Of a stretch of DNA of 64,000 nt, positions 27,296 to 42,643 are shown one piece after another. The notes under the pieces are model-generated. The model was not told where the DNA came from. It saw nothing but the letters and a program-made list of their open reading frames with translations, and ran no database searches. How positions within the stretch are numbered: the stretch's first letter is position 1; the number at the start of each line of letters is the position of its first letter. The position numbers and the translations under genes are program-made. Origin of the DNA: Eledone cirrhosa (taxonomy: Eukaryota); assembly GCA_964016885.1 (NCBI GenBank), contig OZ024755.1, positions 15,190,001 through 15,254,000 of the forward strand, written 5' to 3'.

Positions 27296-30200
27296 CTCTC
27301 CCTGTCGTTATATATATATACTGTATATATAATGATAAATCATGAAAGCATCAAGTAACATGTAACAAAAACTTGATCGCTTTCAGTACAATTCCATTAC
27401 AAGTAAATTATATTTATATATAAAGAATGAAACGCGATACACTAACTGATCTCATGCGTTCTAGTGCATTGACCATTAGTTTCCTTAGTAAACCAACTAT
27501 TGATACAATACATGGAAACTGCACTTACTTCCCATTTCGGTCGCTTTATAAATGTCGAATTGTTTTCAATTTCAGTCAAAAATTGTCTTTGAAAATATGT
27601 ATCAAATCTATATGTAGTTTTTTTAATTTGTTACTGTATTATGAAATCGATTTCCGTTTGAACGTGTTCTGCACATGGATATCTGGTATCCAGCTTACAT
27701 ATTACGTTATTTCTTAGATATGAAATGGAAAGGAGTTCTATGTTTTTATAAAATGAGTGTTCCTGTTTTTCAAACACAGAGAGCAAAATTAAAGCCAAGC
27801 TACCGAGCATTCTACAACCTTTCTATCGAACGAATTGACGCCCATATATTTACTGAATGGACACGCATTATGTGTGAGCATGTGTGCTCGTCTGTCGGAA
27901 GTGGGACGCGTGTGTGTTTGTTTGATACCTTTTCGCAAAGTTACCTCTCAATCAGCTTCAGACGAAATATTAGTCAAACTGCTGTTATAATAGTGGGCAC
28001 ATTGCTAAGTTGCTGTGCTGTTTTGAAGTAAACTTCCTCATCATACAGCCATGACAACAAGCATTTTCTCCTATAGTGTCGCTTCACGTAACAATTGAGA
28101 AAAATAATAGCTCATCTGAGAATCCCACTTGTAATATTCTAGAATCGAATTAATGGGCAAATTTAGCTCTTATATACTGCATACTATGCTAAGATTTCAA
28201 GTTCTTGTAGAAGTTTGTGGGAAAGGGGGCTTAAAAACATTTTAGATATTCACTGAACACTACTCTTCCTTATTTTATGGCGAGTAAAACTCATAATTTG
28301 AAAATATTTTCTCCAAAATTAGATTGCGAGAAGCAAGTATTAAGAAGTTTAAACGAAACTTCTGCTAATTCTGAGTGTTTGCTTGTCGTCAGCGGAACCT
28401 GCAGTATTTTCGATACTGCAGTTTTCCACAGTCAAATCATGCAGTTTTCCACAGTCAAATCATGAGCAGGGCATCAAGACTAAGCTCTGCAAGATAAAAT
28501 GGCTGATATAGCCGGTATCTCTGACTGTTATCCGCTGCAGTTGTAATACTTTTACTCTCTTGTCAAAAACGCAGTCCAGCGTATAGAATCCCTCCACATC
28601 TTTTATTCTTTAATCTATCTTTTCTTTCTTTAATCTATCTTTTTGTGACCTTTGACTATTCTACGAATACTGAAATATCGTTAAAAACAACTTGTTCGTA
28701 TTTGAAAAGTATAATTATGTTTATTGCGTATAAGTCAAGCGTATTATAGTATAACATCAATCGAATTTTTGTATGATTGTAGAATTTTGATTCCTTTTTA
28801 TATATATATTATATGAAAATGAAATAAAAAATATAATTTATTCTTATAAACACACAGTAAGTAATTGCGTTCAGCGGTTGTATAGTATAAAATTGACTGG
28901 AGACGTACAGGGTGCCAACTAGCCGTAAAATTAAATTTAAGTCTATTTGTCTCTAATGTTAGTATAGGTCTTGTAAATTATAAACATTCCTACGTAGAAA
29001 GAGCTCCAAATAAGTAAACATTCAATATTTATACAGTTAGATTTACATACCAATAGATTTATAAGAGAGTGTTGAAGTTTGCTTGAAGTATTGTGGAATG
29101 ATAAAATTGGTCGTTTTAGAAGCCTCAACAATGCAGATGGGTAAATCTCCGGGTAACAGAATCAGGTGGTAATGAGACCCAGGCTATGTATGTATATATA
29201 TATACATACATACATATGTGTGCGCGTTTCTGTATGCAAGTGTGTTTTCATTTCAGTTTCTGTCTGTGTTTATTTTACGAAACCTAGCTTTTTGAGAAAA
29301 TGGGAACCATAAAATGTACTGGTGTTTATATGATAGTCTAAGCCCTTTAATGAAGAGTCCCATTATGGCTGCAGTCTAATGATTGGAACCAGTAAAAAAA
29401 ATAGTTGGCTAAATTAATGCATATACAATCTTTCGTTTGCATTTGTTACACCACAACAATACAACGTTACTTCTAAAAGTACACAAGAGCTTGTAAGTTG
29501 CGTTTATTAATCCTAGCTTCTCCGGAACGTAAATCGTATTTATCATTCGTTATATCCACACGAAAAAATTGTTTCACAAGACACAGAGATCATTTAGAAG
29601 AGTAACAATCACTTCAGTTGCAGAAGTTATGTCTCTTCCGAAAGAGACAGAAAGAGGTTTGTATAGAAGTTTTCAGGATTATTTCACAATTAAAGGAGAT
29701 GTAATATTGCACAACAAACAGAATCAAAGAATAAGACAGCGAGAGCAACATATAAATATAGAAAAAAGTGATAGATCTAGATATGGATGGAAGTAAAGAA
29801 AGATATATTTATATATTCTTGTATATTGATATCATTTTATATGAGGAATAATAATTGTGTCCTTTCGCCAATGTGTGTGTGTTTCTATGTGTGTGTATGC
29901 ATGTGCATCTCTCTATATATGTATGTACGTGTGTGTGTGCGCGCATGTGTGTGTGGTGTACATATCTGTCTGTCAACCTGCACGTGTTTAAGAATTCTGT
30001 TCCCGGGTTTTAATATCTTCGCATATTATTTGTACGGCAGATCGTTACAGTATATTTTGTTCTGAAACAGATTCACCTGACATTTACAAATTCCAGGAAT
30101 ACCGCAATATTGCTAATACTCACTCAGGGAGAAAATAAAATATATTTTGCTTTTAAATAGAATATATTACTTCACCTTTTTTTGAAAGTCAGCACTTTCT

Positions 30201-31601
30201 ATTTCTCAAGTTAAGCAATAATGTATGTAAGTTGGCATCTTTGTGAAAGGTATTACATATTGACAATCAATCTTATACTGAAAAATATGTAAGGTTTTCG
30301 CCTTTTATAATGAATTCAGAAAGAATATAGAATCGTTTTGCTGTGAGATCTATTGCTTTGTGTATTTGTACGCATGGATTCCAGAGATTTTCTCCGCCTA
30401 GTCACGTATGGTTACAGTTTCCCTGCAATATGTTTGTAAGTCTTTTGAAATTACTTTTAAGAATGGAATAGTATCATTATGTCTAAGGTGGGTACATAAT
30501 GAAACAAAACATTTTAAGGATATTTGAAGCGTTTCTTCAAAACTGGGAATACATTAATGTGCACCATTCCGGGGAGAGTGGGGAACATTAATGTATGAAT
30601 ATGTATCAGTAAAAATAAGCACATAGAACAATTAAAAATTGATATTTTACTCACGTTGTATGAAGTGGAAAAGGAAATAGCTATAACGTATCGGATATTA
30701 GTCCCTCCTCGTTAAAGAAAAGATAGTAAGGCATAATTAAGGACAGAGGTTAGTGAATTATATATGTATAGATATAGATATATAGTTCAAGGAAACAACA
30801 AAACAGAGACACAAATGTCTCATAAGTTTCACGCTTTATACAGATATATATTAATATTTTGTGTGTAAGGATTTCTATCCTAAGCGTTCACGCATGATTT
30901 CTCCCTCTCTTTCTCTCTCTCTGGCAGGTCAAACACGTAATTGTTAAAGTAAAAGTGCCTAGAGAAAGTAATAATGAGTGGGCTCATCTTGTTCAAAAAC
31001 AAGATGGCGTAGGACAGAACAAAGGAGAGGCAGAAAAACAAAGAAAAGAATCCCCAGTCACTAAAGAGATCACGGAATGTGTGACGAAAGAATTTTGACA
31101 ATATATAAACAATCATCTGGTTGTGGAACCAACCAACCAACCGGAAATTTATAAATTCCTAAATTTATAAATTTATTATAATAAATTGAAGTGAAGCAAC
31201 TGGTGCGTGTGGTTCTTATTGGCAACATGACACTCCCAAAGTATAACAATATATATATATATATATATCCTCTCCGTGGTATCTACAAATTGATGATGGT
31301 GTTCTTTCCTTTCTCTATAGCTAGGCTTTGTCTGTGATTTTAGTTTCCTCTTTAAGGTAATTTTTAAAAACATTTTCCTGTTGGTATCGATTACGTTGCA
31401 AGTATGTGGCGTTTTTATATTTATGTTTTCGTAAGTCACTCTCATTTTGCAAGTAATTTCCTTGTTGAATACAACAAAGTGGTATCACTTCCTATTCCCG
31501 AACCGTTTGTTTCAATCATCGCATTGTATCCATTACACAAGAGCACAGTCATTAATGATAAATTGTACATATATATATTCGTATGTATGTTTCCATACCA
31601 C

Positions 31602-31636
<35 letters not shown>

Positions 31637-31656
31637 AATATATACATACATATACG

Positions 31657-31699
<43 letters not shown>

Positions 31700-32149
31700 T
31701 CTTTTTTATATAGATTTCTCACAGGTGTACGTCATCTATTTATACAAAAAATACATATTGACATAAGACTCCCTCCCCCCTCTCTCTGTATATATATATA
31801 TAAAAGTAAATATACACGTACTTTTGCATCAACTTGCACTATACATACACATAAATTAGTAACGAATTAAATGGTTTTACTACTTTTATGTTGTTGCTTC
31901 TCTTATTACCAACGTGGTGTAATATAATTGTTCTGTATTTTGTTAACGTATTTTGTCATTGAAAGTTATATTTTTAATTGAAATCTTATCCTGAAATTAC
32001 GTATATTTCCCCGAACATATATACGTAAATCTGCACTGAGTATTCTCTGTCACCGGATGTAATTTAGGTCTGAGTGACTACTTGTTTAGTGTAATTTTAC
32101 CAACGTTCAGAGTGAAAATCAATGTTAAAGATAAAACGACACAAACAGA

Positions 32150-32560
32150 ACAAAGAGAAATATAATACGAAATAGTTATATGTTTGGTAGCCACGGGAGA
32201 TTTATTAGAATATACAATATATTCAGTGGTAAATGAACAGTAACAATTTACTAAAAAAAAGTTTTTTTTTATTTTTGTCTTAAGATAACGAGAAGTTCCA
32301 CTAAATGTTCCGTCCAGACGGTACAGCTTAACGTTAATTCATAGTTATTTTCTTGTGACAATTCCGCAATAAAGCTATTAAAGATTACAAAAAATATATA
32401 TATAACATATGGGGGACAAAACAAAGCGAAATATAATATACAAAATAAATGTTTGGGAGATATTTAAAAAAAAACATTAATCAATTACAAAACAATGCAG
32501 TTTGTTAAGGTAATTGTTGTCAAGTGTCGTGAACGCAAGAATATCTGTAAATTAGTGAAG
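32150..32560 (+). pseudogene. Possible Penelope GIY-YIG C-terminal relic
   Basis: Broken peptides (AKYNIQNKCL ... VKCRERKNI) resemble the PLE 'YN...C.LC...KCRH..K' tail. Very decayed. Confidence 0.25.
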
Positions 32561-34589
32561 GAGCGTGGCTTCCTCTATACTATGTTCGGTTCAGGATCGC
32601 GAGGGGTGATATCATTTCCCGCAGCTCATTTTACACTGGTACGAACTCTTTCATTTTCATTCAGCTGAAAACATACGTTGCACCTTTAATTCACATACTG
32701 TGTCACGCTGAATCTACCTAGAGATCTCTTTAAATGTACGCTTTTCTGTGGCATGTTCATTAATTTCCCACGTTAATTAAAACCCCAGAGTGTTCTGTTT
32801 GTACAAAAACTCGAACAATCCCCTTAGAAATTTGTGGTAAACATGCCCTTGAAAATATAACATTTTTTTATGCTTGAAGTGACATATTAACATAAACATT
32901 TTTTTCACCAGTATATCTTTGGTTATTAACAGTTCGAAGTAAAGTTTTCTTATAGGTATCTTATCATAAATATGCTTCTTCATTCTCATGTAATAACATT
33001 GTTATGTATGTGTTTGAAAAGAGATGAGATACGCAATGGTGTATAACTTACGAAGGATTTTCTTCATAATATATGTGTATACAGTTGGATAATGTATTGT
33101 CACAGTAAGAGGCAATAACGTATTTTGACACCCAATATGGGAAAGATCCTAATAAGTATCCCGAGAAGTGGTCGCTGCACTAGTCTAATGCAATAATTTG
33201 TATGCATACAATTATAACAACTTTACAATAAATTTATTAAAGTTTTAAAATATATGGAATATATGTTGAGCTATTTCTTATGTATAGAGTGTATATCTTT
33301 GCTTTAGGTATCGTTTCTGTTTTAAGATGTAGTAATTCGATTTTCATAGCTTGAAAGGTGTAATAACAATACTCTGAATAGTATGAATATAGAAATCATA
33401 AAGGTAGTTGTCTTGACATTTGGCTATGTTAAATGTCACAGCTGTAAGTCTATTGCAGCATCTTATCGTCTCCATTATATACGTGGAAAGTAATATATCG
33501 AGCTGAAAAAGATGAAATGATATTCCCTCGAGTGAGATTTCAACTTAAAATATAAAGATACACTCAAGTGAACAAATGTGTGAAGTGTGATCCTTATTCA
33601 TACTGGCATTTACAGAAGACATTGCCTTTAAGTAGTTACTATATGGCAAGAAAATTTATTGGAGATCGTTCTACTCCTAGTTATATTCGTGGTAGAAATA
33701 TATAACTTACTCTTTTACCTGTTCCAGCCAACCGGCTGAGGCCAAAAATCTTCTGTTTATACGGGCGTTACCTAATGTTGTATTATACATACTTGCCTAC
33801 ACTGTGATTGAACCAGTAATACTTTTGGGTATAGGTGGTTATATACAATCAGCAATAAACAATAAAAAAAGTATAAAACAACAACAACAACACAACACAT
33901 GCTACTACTATTGTTATTGCTACCATTACTACTAATAATAATACTAATACTTTTATTATAGACACAAGAATTCAATGGGAAATTGGTACAACCGTCTATA
34001 TCGACCTCAGGTTTTGACTGATATTTTATGTTAGCAACACCGGAACAATGTAATGTAACGTTAGTGATAATAATAACAACCACTAAAATAGTAAAAACGA
34101 AAATTACCAATATATTAACATTACGTAGTTCTGTTAGTCAAATACAACAAAGATTAAGCTTATGTTTTACTTGCCGCGAGCTTTCACAAAACATATTATG
34201 TATGGTAACAATTAACGTGTGATTGCAATAAACAGGTAAGAACAGACCAGAAGAGATAAATATATATATTATAGTGATCTAAAATACAAAGAAGCCAATA
34301 CATTACAACACCTTAACAATTCTATACAAAGCAAATGATAATTATAATAAACTAGCAAAAACAATATTTGCTGGTTCATTTTTTATGAAGAAACTAGAGT
34401 GTGTATTTAATTATATCACCCAACACCATCTGCCACACAAGTATTAGAAAATATGGACTTTCAAAAATATAATCCCCAACACAACACTCCACGTCTTAAT
34501 TCATGAGTAAAAACTGATTATTTCATAGAAATGATCAAGAAACTGTTATTATTTCACGGACACTTCCCATCTGTGTAATACTCAAAAGG

Positions 34590-34900
34590 TTATTGACTGT
34601 CCAAGAGTTTGCACCTGGTAATTCCCTCTCCAAGCCGAAAGCCTGGGCAGGTTGTTTATGTCTCAGACCACCAATCTCCCGTGTATTCCTGCCTGTACGT
34701 CATTGATATTGTCTAGTAGAACGGCAAAGCGAGCTCTGCTTGGCACCAGTGTCGTCACGACAAAGTTTCTCCACCTGGGCGAACTCGGTCGGGCAACGTG
34801 AAATAAAATGTCTTTCTCAAAGCTGCTATACGCTACACTATCTGAGAAACTAACGCAAAACATTATAATTCCAAGCCGGGCACACTAACCACTAAGTTAC
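34590..34900 (-). mobile_element. Degenerate SINE family A copy
   Basis: GCAACGTGAAATAAAATGTCTTTCTCAA core plus an A-box remnant (TAACCACTAAG on the + strand). Confidence 0.65.
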
Positions 34901-35544
34901 ACGTCTTTATTCTAACACATAATAACAACACAAACAAGATATACAAGAAACACACTAATAAAAATTGTACACATTGCAAATAAAACAACAGAACAGAACA
35001 CACGCAAATCAAAGCAAATATGGACTTATCAAAGCAGCAATCTTCACTGTACACAAAACAACACAAAGGTTTAATATGCATGGAAAGAGAATGACAGATA
35101 TGAACGTACATGTAAAGGATGAGCTCTCAATAACACTTTGAAAATCGCACTACAGAATGGAACACGTATGTAAAGGTTAGGTTATTTCAATGAAACTATA
35201 ACAGATAGAGAACATTATAAAGCCAAATAAAAAGAATAACAAAATATGCCCCAAGGACACAAGTATTTATATATCTAGCTAGAATAAAAACATGATTTCA
35301 ACCTTACATATGAAATAATAACACGCGAGAAAAATATAAGCAGAATGATATAAGTTCGCACAAAATAATTGTAAGTGTCAACGGAAGGAAACACTTCAGA
35401 GAATCCTTTCCAAAAAGAACAAGGAAACCAATCAACATAATCAGCTGGACCATGTCACAATTCAACATATAAACTAATGAGAGGCAGGAATAATAAATTA
35501 ATATTCAGTGCGAGAATTCCGGGTCTTTCCGCGGGAGCGAGTGC

Positions 35545-36035
35545 AATCATCAAGGGTACACTTGTCCACAGCTAACTTGAGTTGCCAGTCCGTGATCCAT
35601 TCTTGCATTGTGTCCAGGTCTGATTGCAGGAAAGATCTATAGTGTTAAAGATATGTCCGTTTTATCTCATGGTACAGCTTGATGTCATCTGCATATTTCA
35701 GTATTGTGGCATTCTTTAAGTTGGCATCTATGTCATTAATATATGCCACAAACAAAAGGGGGCCAAGAACAGATCCCTGTGATAGACCAGATGTCAGAGG
35801 TGGTGGAGATGGTACACTTTGATCTTCAACAGTGAAAATGCCTGCATAGAATTCAGCCATAAGTTCTGCGCATTCCTTGGGGTCGTCAGTAATCTGGCTT
35901 GTGTGGGGATTGTGAAGAGGACCAACTGGTGTGTGAGGCCTCTGCTTTGAGTGTACATACTTCCATAACACCTTACTGTCAGGGTTGGTTGCCATGCGCT
36001 GCTCAAATTCAAGCACTGCATTTTTTGTCACTTGC
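35545..36035 (-). pseudogene. CR1/L2-group LINE reverse transcriptase fragment with internal deletion
   Basis: SKVLWKYVHSK...KECAELMAEFYAGIFTVED is joined to SGLSQGSVLGPLLFVAYIND...KYADDIKLY, then after a frameshift LQSDLDTMQEWITDWQLKLAVDKC. Confidence 0.92.
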
Positions 36036-36677
36036 ATAGTCCCGGGCTGAGCTAAATAAACATTGTGAGTAAAGCTGGCTAGGGGAAAACTGCTTAGCAG
36101 ACTGTTGAATGGACTGTACCTGCAAAACAAGGTCCAGCCTTACTACACATTATATCACGCTGAATCTCCCTGAGAATTATGTTAACGGTACACATGTCTA
36201 TGAGATCCTTACTCACTTATACGTTAACTTTATGAACAGGCTGTTTCATTGACCGACTATATGGCACACGCAGTGAAAACAGAGGTGGTTTCATTCTCCC
36301 TGTAATCAATTTACATTCATTAAAAATGAAACTGTCAAAATACTCAAAATATTTCGTCCGGCATTTTATATGCGTGTTCCAGTAATACTCACATACAAAT
36401 GATCACGTTACAGTGTATATGGTTTTGATTCGTAGTAAAATATACTCGAGTTTCAGTTATAGATCTAACACAGATCAATGTATTTACATAATTTTATTAC
36501 TACGTAATCAAAACTAATGAAAATCACTGGGAAGTATGAAATAAATACCAACAGTCATGAGTTTTTATTTATATAATATTTTACAAATTTGTAGAAAAAA
36601 GAAGCAAACACATATATATATATATATATATATATGCGTACGTTTGTGTCTCTGTATACGAATAAGCATACACTTTA

Positions 36678-36740
<63 letters not shown>

Positions 36741-36936
36741 TTATTTATTTATATACATATATGCATATATATATTGCTTTTATTTATCAATTTCTTTTTA
36801 ATGATTACAATGATCATAGGCCACGAGAATTAATATGATGTGCTTTATGGTTGAAGCTCTATGATCATAATGCGAGAACAGAGCTAATAAACAGTCAGCA
36901 CTTTGATACTTGAGAAAATGAATATAGATAGATAGC

Positions 36937-37131
36937 TATATATATATATATATATACATGTCTATACATGTATATATACATGTATATAAATATATATATA
37001 TACACATGTATATACATGTATGTATATATATATATATACATGTATATTCATGTATGTAAATATATATATATAGAGAGAGAGAGATAGATAGATATAAATA
37101 TATATATATATATTTACATACATGTATATGC

Positions 37132-37190
<59 letters not shown>

Positions 37191-37395
37191 TACATGTGTA
37201 TATATATATATATATATATATATGAAAACAGGGAGAAAGAGTCGATTATGAGGAAGAAAAATATATCCTAACTCGTGTGCCTCCTCTTCACATTTTATTA
37301 TATATATATATATATATATATATTTACATACATGTATATATATATATATTTACATACATGTATATATATATATATATATATTTACATATATGTCT

Positions 37396-37436
<41 letters not shown>

Positions 37437-37502
37437 CATATATGTATATACATGTGTATATATATATATATATTTTTTTTTTTTTACATATATGTATATA
37501 CA

Positions 37503-37547
<45 letters not shown>

Positions 37548-37562
37548 ATATGTGTGTGTGTG
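36937..37562. repeat. Compound TA microsatellite block
   Basis: Seen directly in sequence. Confidence 0.9.
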
Positions 37563-38199
37563 CATAGATATGAACATATATTCATTCATTTTTAACTACA
37601 CTCCTACGAGATAGCTGCTAATTTCGTCTGACTTTACACGGTAGGAAGCAATAAAATTTAACAAATCTTAAATAAAACTTATTGCTTAATTCTTCATGAA
37701 TAATGATATGTGTTAGTAGAGTTCAATAGCTAAATAATACGGTTCTGTCTGAAATCCGGTTTGTATTTCTAATCTGTTTCTACACCCATGTCTACTCACA
37801 ATATATATATATTAAGTGTGTGTATGTATGTATATATCCGTATCAACAGACAGTGCATGGAATTTGTCTGTGAATTATGTAGTCGGAGCCACTTTTACCA
37901 GCCTAATAATATGATAAAGAAAAAAAGCATTAGAGAAAACAACTGTAAAGCTATTTTAAGGTACTTATGTTGCGACTACAAATATATTTAACAAAGAATA
38001 GTGAAAATCTAATATAATGTGATCTAAAACCCATAGAATCAAAATCAAAACTGCAATTCGTTATCAAAGAAGCCGTCTAAAATTTAGCAGTGTAAAATAC
38101 ATTTGTGAGGAGGATGAAGAAACAACAATACAGATATTTTAAAATATGTTAAACATGGCTCTACAAAATATAACGCTTAAATAATGTCTATAAACTAAG

Positions 38200-38550
38200 A
38201 AAGCTGATTCAGTCAAAAAGTATCATCATTGGCTCTAAAGCACAGGGCTCAAATATGAAGCCAAATATCTTTTACTTGGCCACATGATCAAAGCCTTCAC
38301 ATGATCAAAGCCCAGAAACTTCAGAAAGCATGTTATGAAGAAGAGACTGGAAGATACTTTTTACTGTTTAGTCAGGAATAGTAGATCACTGCACATGATA
38401 ATTTCAGGATTTCCGGAAGAAGTAAGGGTGAGGGAGAGAATAAGAGACTTATCTGCAAATCAGAGACACACCCTGAAAAGTTGCAACAGAGTGGAATCTG
38501 TTAAATAGAGTCACATGGAGCTTTAAGCAGGGCAAGAGATTAAGACTACC
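38200..38550 (+). pseudogene. Degenerate RTE/BovB-like ORF2 3' fragment
   Basis: GHMIK (cf. YFGHLMR) and a later NRVTWS (cf. DR..WR). Includes a direct duplication of CACATGATCAAAGCC. Confidence 0.35.
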
Positions 38551-39944
38551 ACCAACATAGGTCACAGCAGGATTTGAATTCAGAAAAAAATATCAGAGTA
38601 ATGCTTCTCACAAAACATTTCATCCAACATCCCAGCAATATCTCTTGGGTGGATATTGCAAGAAACAATTATCCACATTGCATATTGCGTTGTACAGCCC
38701 GTAATTGTTGCCTTAGTACATTATTTCATTAAGTAAAAGGCACGGAAATGACATAATTAATTGATAAAGAACTTGATGGAAAATACTTATTTTAAATTCA
38801 ACATCACTTTAACTAGAACCACCAAGACTTCATGCTTGCTCTACAATCTAGAAATGAGAAATACTATTCCATATTACCCGGTCATCTGTCGAATTCATAT
38901 GATTTTCAACTCATGGGACTCCTCTTAGCTTATACATTTGTCAATGCAAAGTAGCTCAAATGTTGAAGTGATTTGACATGTGCTTAGTTCCTCAGGAAAT
39001 TTGTATTACTTTTCCTTTTTAAGCTTCAGTGCACAAGCCTTAACACAATGGACAGGATATCCACTCCGTATTATTAAATATCGACAGAAATGAAATGTCG
39101 TAAACATCCAAGAGCATCATGTAATAATAATAAAATGACCATACTTTGGGATATGCAAAATAAACAGTAATGTAAGGTTCTATATAAATCGACTGCATAT
39201 TGTTGAAGTTAACTGAGAAGGAAGTTATCGCCTGATCAAATTATGACTCCCAGCAGACGATAATGTATCAGCAAAATAGTTGAAGGATGTAGTCAAATAT
39301 AAAGATGTGAAATGGTGATAAGTAGCATTGAAAATAGAAATAATTGTACATGAGATGGACCTCCGTCGGTGCGACGATGACTGTTGTTTTAATTCGAACA
39401 CTGGAACAGCTTGCTATCTTACCGTAGTTCTAAGGGAGATTCAGTGTAATAGTTAAAACTCCTTTTTGCTTGTTGTGAGGGATGAATCACTGTAAAGTGT
39501 GTGCTGCATGAGGAGACAATGCGCCGCCAGTAGTCGATATGACGGCCTTGCGATAGTGAACAGAAAACTCTAAACAATAATCTACGTGAATTCATTTAGA
39601 AGGCAATATGTACATTGGGAAAGATTCATAAAATATGCAACAAAAGCGTACGAGTGTACACATGCACAACATGCAAAATCTAGTCCTTTAAAGCATTATA
39701 AACGTATTATGTAGAGTGATTTACATTGAATAGAAAATACAAATATAAAATAGAACACTGCACGTACCAAAGGTTGACAGAGCTATGCTAGGTTGTGCAT
39801 TGAAAACATGCAATACAAATAAGACTACTGAATACACATAAATATACATATTTACATAAATACATACACTATGTACATACTTACACACACATATATATAT
39901 ATATATTTTTTTTTTATTCCTAATAATCGTCTCTTTCTCCCTGT

Positions 39945-39975
<31 letters not shown>

Positions 39976-41391
39976 CTTATGTTTGGCAACCAACTGTAAA
40001 AACTCTTACAAACATCACGCGGATTCACTAGATGTATTGACATGAAATACGGTTTATGAAAATGCTCCAAGGAAACCTTGCAGAGAGAGCAGAGGAAAAT
40101 CAATAAAACCACCAATAGCATGTTAAATAAAGAATCAGAGATAAGAGAGTTTTAGTCGAAACACAGATTTACAAATACTTAGGAATTAATGAACTATACA
40201 TAGAGAAACACACGAATGAAAACAAATGTTTAAAAAGGAATATAATATATGTATCAGATTAATACATAAAACAGACTAAATGCCAAAAAATAAGCCAATA
40301 TGCCTCAATACTCTGGATACTGCAGCCATAGATTATAGTTAGAATATTCTATAATATTTTCAACTGGAAATTAAGAAAGTTGGCAAGACAACAGGAACAA
40401 CTAATAACTGCAATTAGATAAAATACACGACACAGAAACGCACAGTAGAGGATGATGTGTATATATAAATACAGAAAATATACGGTTTCGGTAACTAGGT
40501 TATTATTAAGAAAGATCTACTGTAGAATGACAATAGTGTTTAGTAAAGAATAAAGCAGAATTATACAAACTGCTATAAGATATATACAGCCATATTCTAT
40601 CTTCAAAGGAATCAAACAAAAATAATCGAAACATATCAAAACCATATAGAGTAAAAGTGAATATTAGTGATTTTATAAAATGACAGATCTCCCAGAAAAC
40701 ACACGCCAACATCTACAAAAATGAAGCTCGGAAATATAGTGTGGTAATGAGAGCTTCAGACTATGAGTTTATGCATGGGGGCTGACCTAGGGCAGAACAA
40801 CAACAGTAGTTATAGTGAAACAGATCGTCAGTGCGAGAAAATGCAACACAACTAGAAGACTGTGTTATACCTCCACGATTCGTCACGTCATGGTGGTGCC
40901 TGTAATACGATTATGATATAAGCAAAGAAAAATAGATATATTGTTTAAATATCGATGCTCGGCTATATGCAGGCGTGACACAATTGTGCTTGTTCAGAAC
41001 TGATGTGGGATTACACTATACTGAATACCAAAGGAATGTCTAGTTGTATATATCATTGCATCAGATGTGGCATGACGCACCGAAAGAAAAGAATGGGAAA
41101 TCAGAAGAAAACGCCAGAAATCTATATGAAAAAGAAATCTATATGAAAAACCTAATTTCAGAAATCACCATGTTGGCAATGATATATATAATAAGATTAG
41201 TTTGCACCCTTTTCGAGTTAACAAAAAACATTAACTACATGAAAGAGATTAAATGCACCAGCAAGCTGCTAACAATGCAAACAGGTTTTCTTTGTTAGCA
41301 GTCTAGTTTATTATGCATTTGTATATTATATATTTATATATCGGAAATGCGGCTGTGACTGTATATGTACGTATGTCGCATAATTATGTAC

Positions 41392-41438
<47 letters not shown>

Positions 41439-41439
41439 G

Positions 41440-41740
41440 CATTCCGTCCGTTACGACAACGATTGTTCCAGTTGACCCGATCATCCTGCTCGTGAAATTA
41501 ACGTACAAGTGGCTGAGTATTCCACAAACATGCGTACCCTTAACGTAGTTCTCCGCAAGATTCGACGTGACACAGAATGTGACATGTCTGGCTCTTCGAA
41601 TTACAGGTGCAACTCATTTTTGCCAGCTGAGTGAAGTGGTGCAACGTGAAATAAAGTGTCTTGCTCTAGTACACAACGCGCCGCCGGGAATCGAGCTCAT
41701 GACCTTATGACCATAAGCCAAATTCCCCAGCCAAAAGCTA
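41440..41740 (-). mobile_element. SINE family A, long-body variant
   Basis: GCAACGTGAAATAAAGTGTCTTGCTCTAGTACACAACGC core and B-box-like GAGCTCGATTCCCGG (minus strand). Body shared with about 32690-32780, 36140-36270 and 59250-59510. Confidence 0.85.
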
Positions 41741-41774
41741 TATTTATATATTATATGTTAGCGTTAAATATACA

Positions 41775-41880
41775 AATCCCGCCGAGGTTAACTTTGCCTT
41801 TCATCCTTACGGGGTCGATAAAATAAAGTACCAGTAGTGTACTGGTGATGGCTGGCCTTGTGTCAAAGGCAGAAACAGTT
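41775..41880 (+). mobile_element. 5'-truncated SINE family B copy
   Basis: AAATCCCGCCGAGGTTAACTTTGCCTTTCATCCTTACGGGGTCGATAAAATAAAGTACCAGT. Confidence 0.9.
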
Positions 41881-42469
41881 AAATATACACATCGGTGACA
41901 AAACCGATAAAATGATATGTTCTTACGAATTTCTGCATATGTGCTTTGCTTATCAAAACATCAGTGAAACAAGTGATTGGCCTGTTGGTTACCTCTAGCC
42001 TATAACACTATTGTTCAGAAAATAAGTAGCTATACGATATAAAATTAAATGGTATATATCGATATAAGTGTATGGTAGTAATTGTCGCTTGTATAGTTAA
42101 GCAGACAGAACTGTCACCGTTAAAATGTGTAAATGTAACTCAACAATATGGTACAGCATAAAATAATGCAAAGATCAAGAGAACAAAGTGAGTAGAGAAA
42201 ATACATTGAGAATTTATTTGGAAGTTTGATTTCAAAAGATAAGAAAAATGATACTGCCACCAGCCACTAACTGTTATTGAATTCATCTGATATAAAACCA
42301 GTGATATTTCTTTATGTAAACTGATGAAGCAATAAAGAGACACAGAAGAAATGATATCATAACACAAAAGAAAATAGATATATATGTATAACCTAATGTA
42401 AGATTATAAACTGTGCTATAATCTATATAATATTATAATATATAGGATATTATAGAGTAGTTAAAGCAA

Positions 42470-42612
42470 GAAGAAATAGGCAGAAAAAGAATAAGAGGTA
42501 TGTAAATTTAGATAATTCTAGAACAGAGAGAGATCTCCGAGACATATAACTGAATATTATGCATGTCTCTTCGCTGATTCTGCACTCACATTATAAAAGA
42601 ATAATAAATTCC

Positions 42613-42643
<31 letters not shown>

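Noticed and set aside
28417-28462. 23-bp direct tandem duplication
   Set aside because: Ordinary slippage duplication with no further structure.
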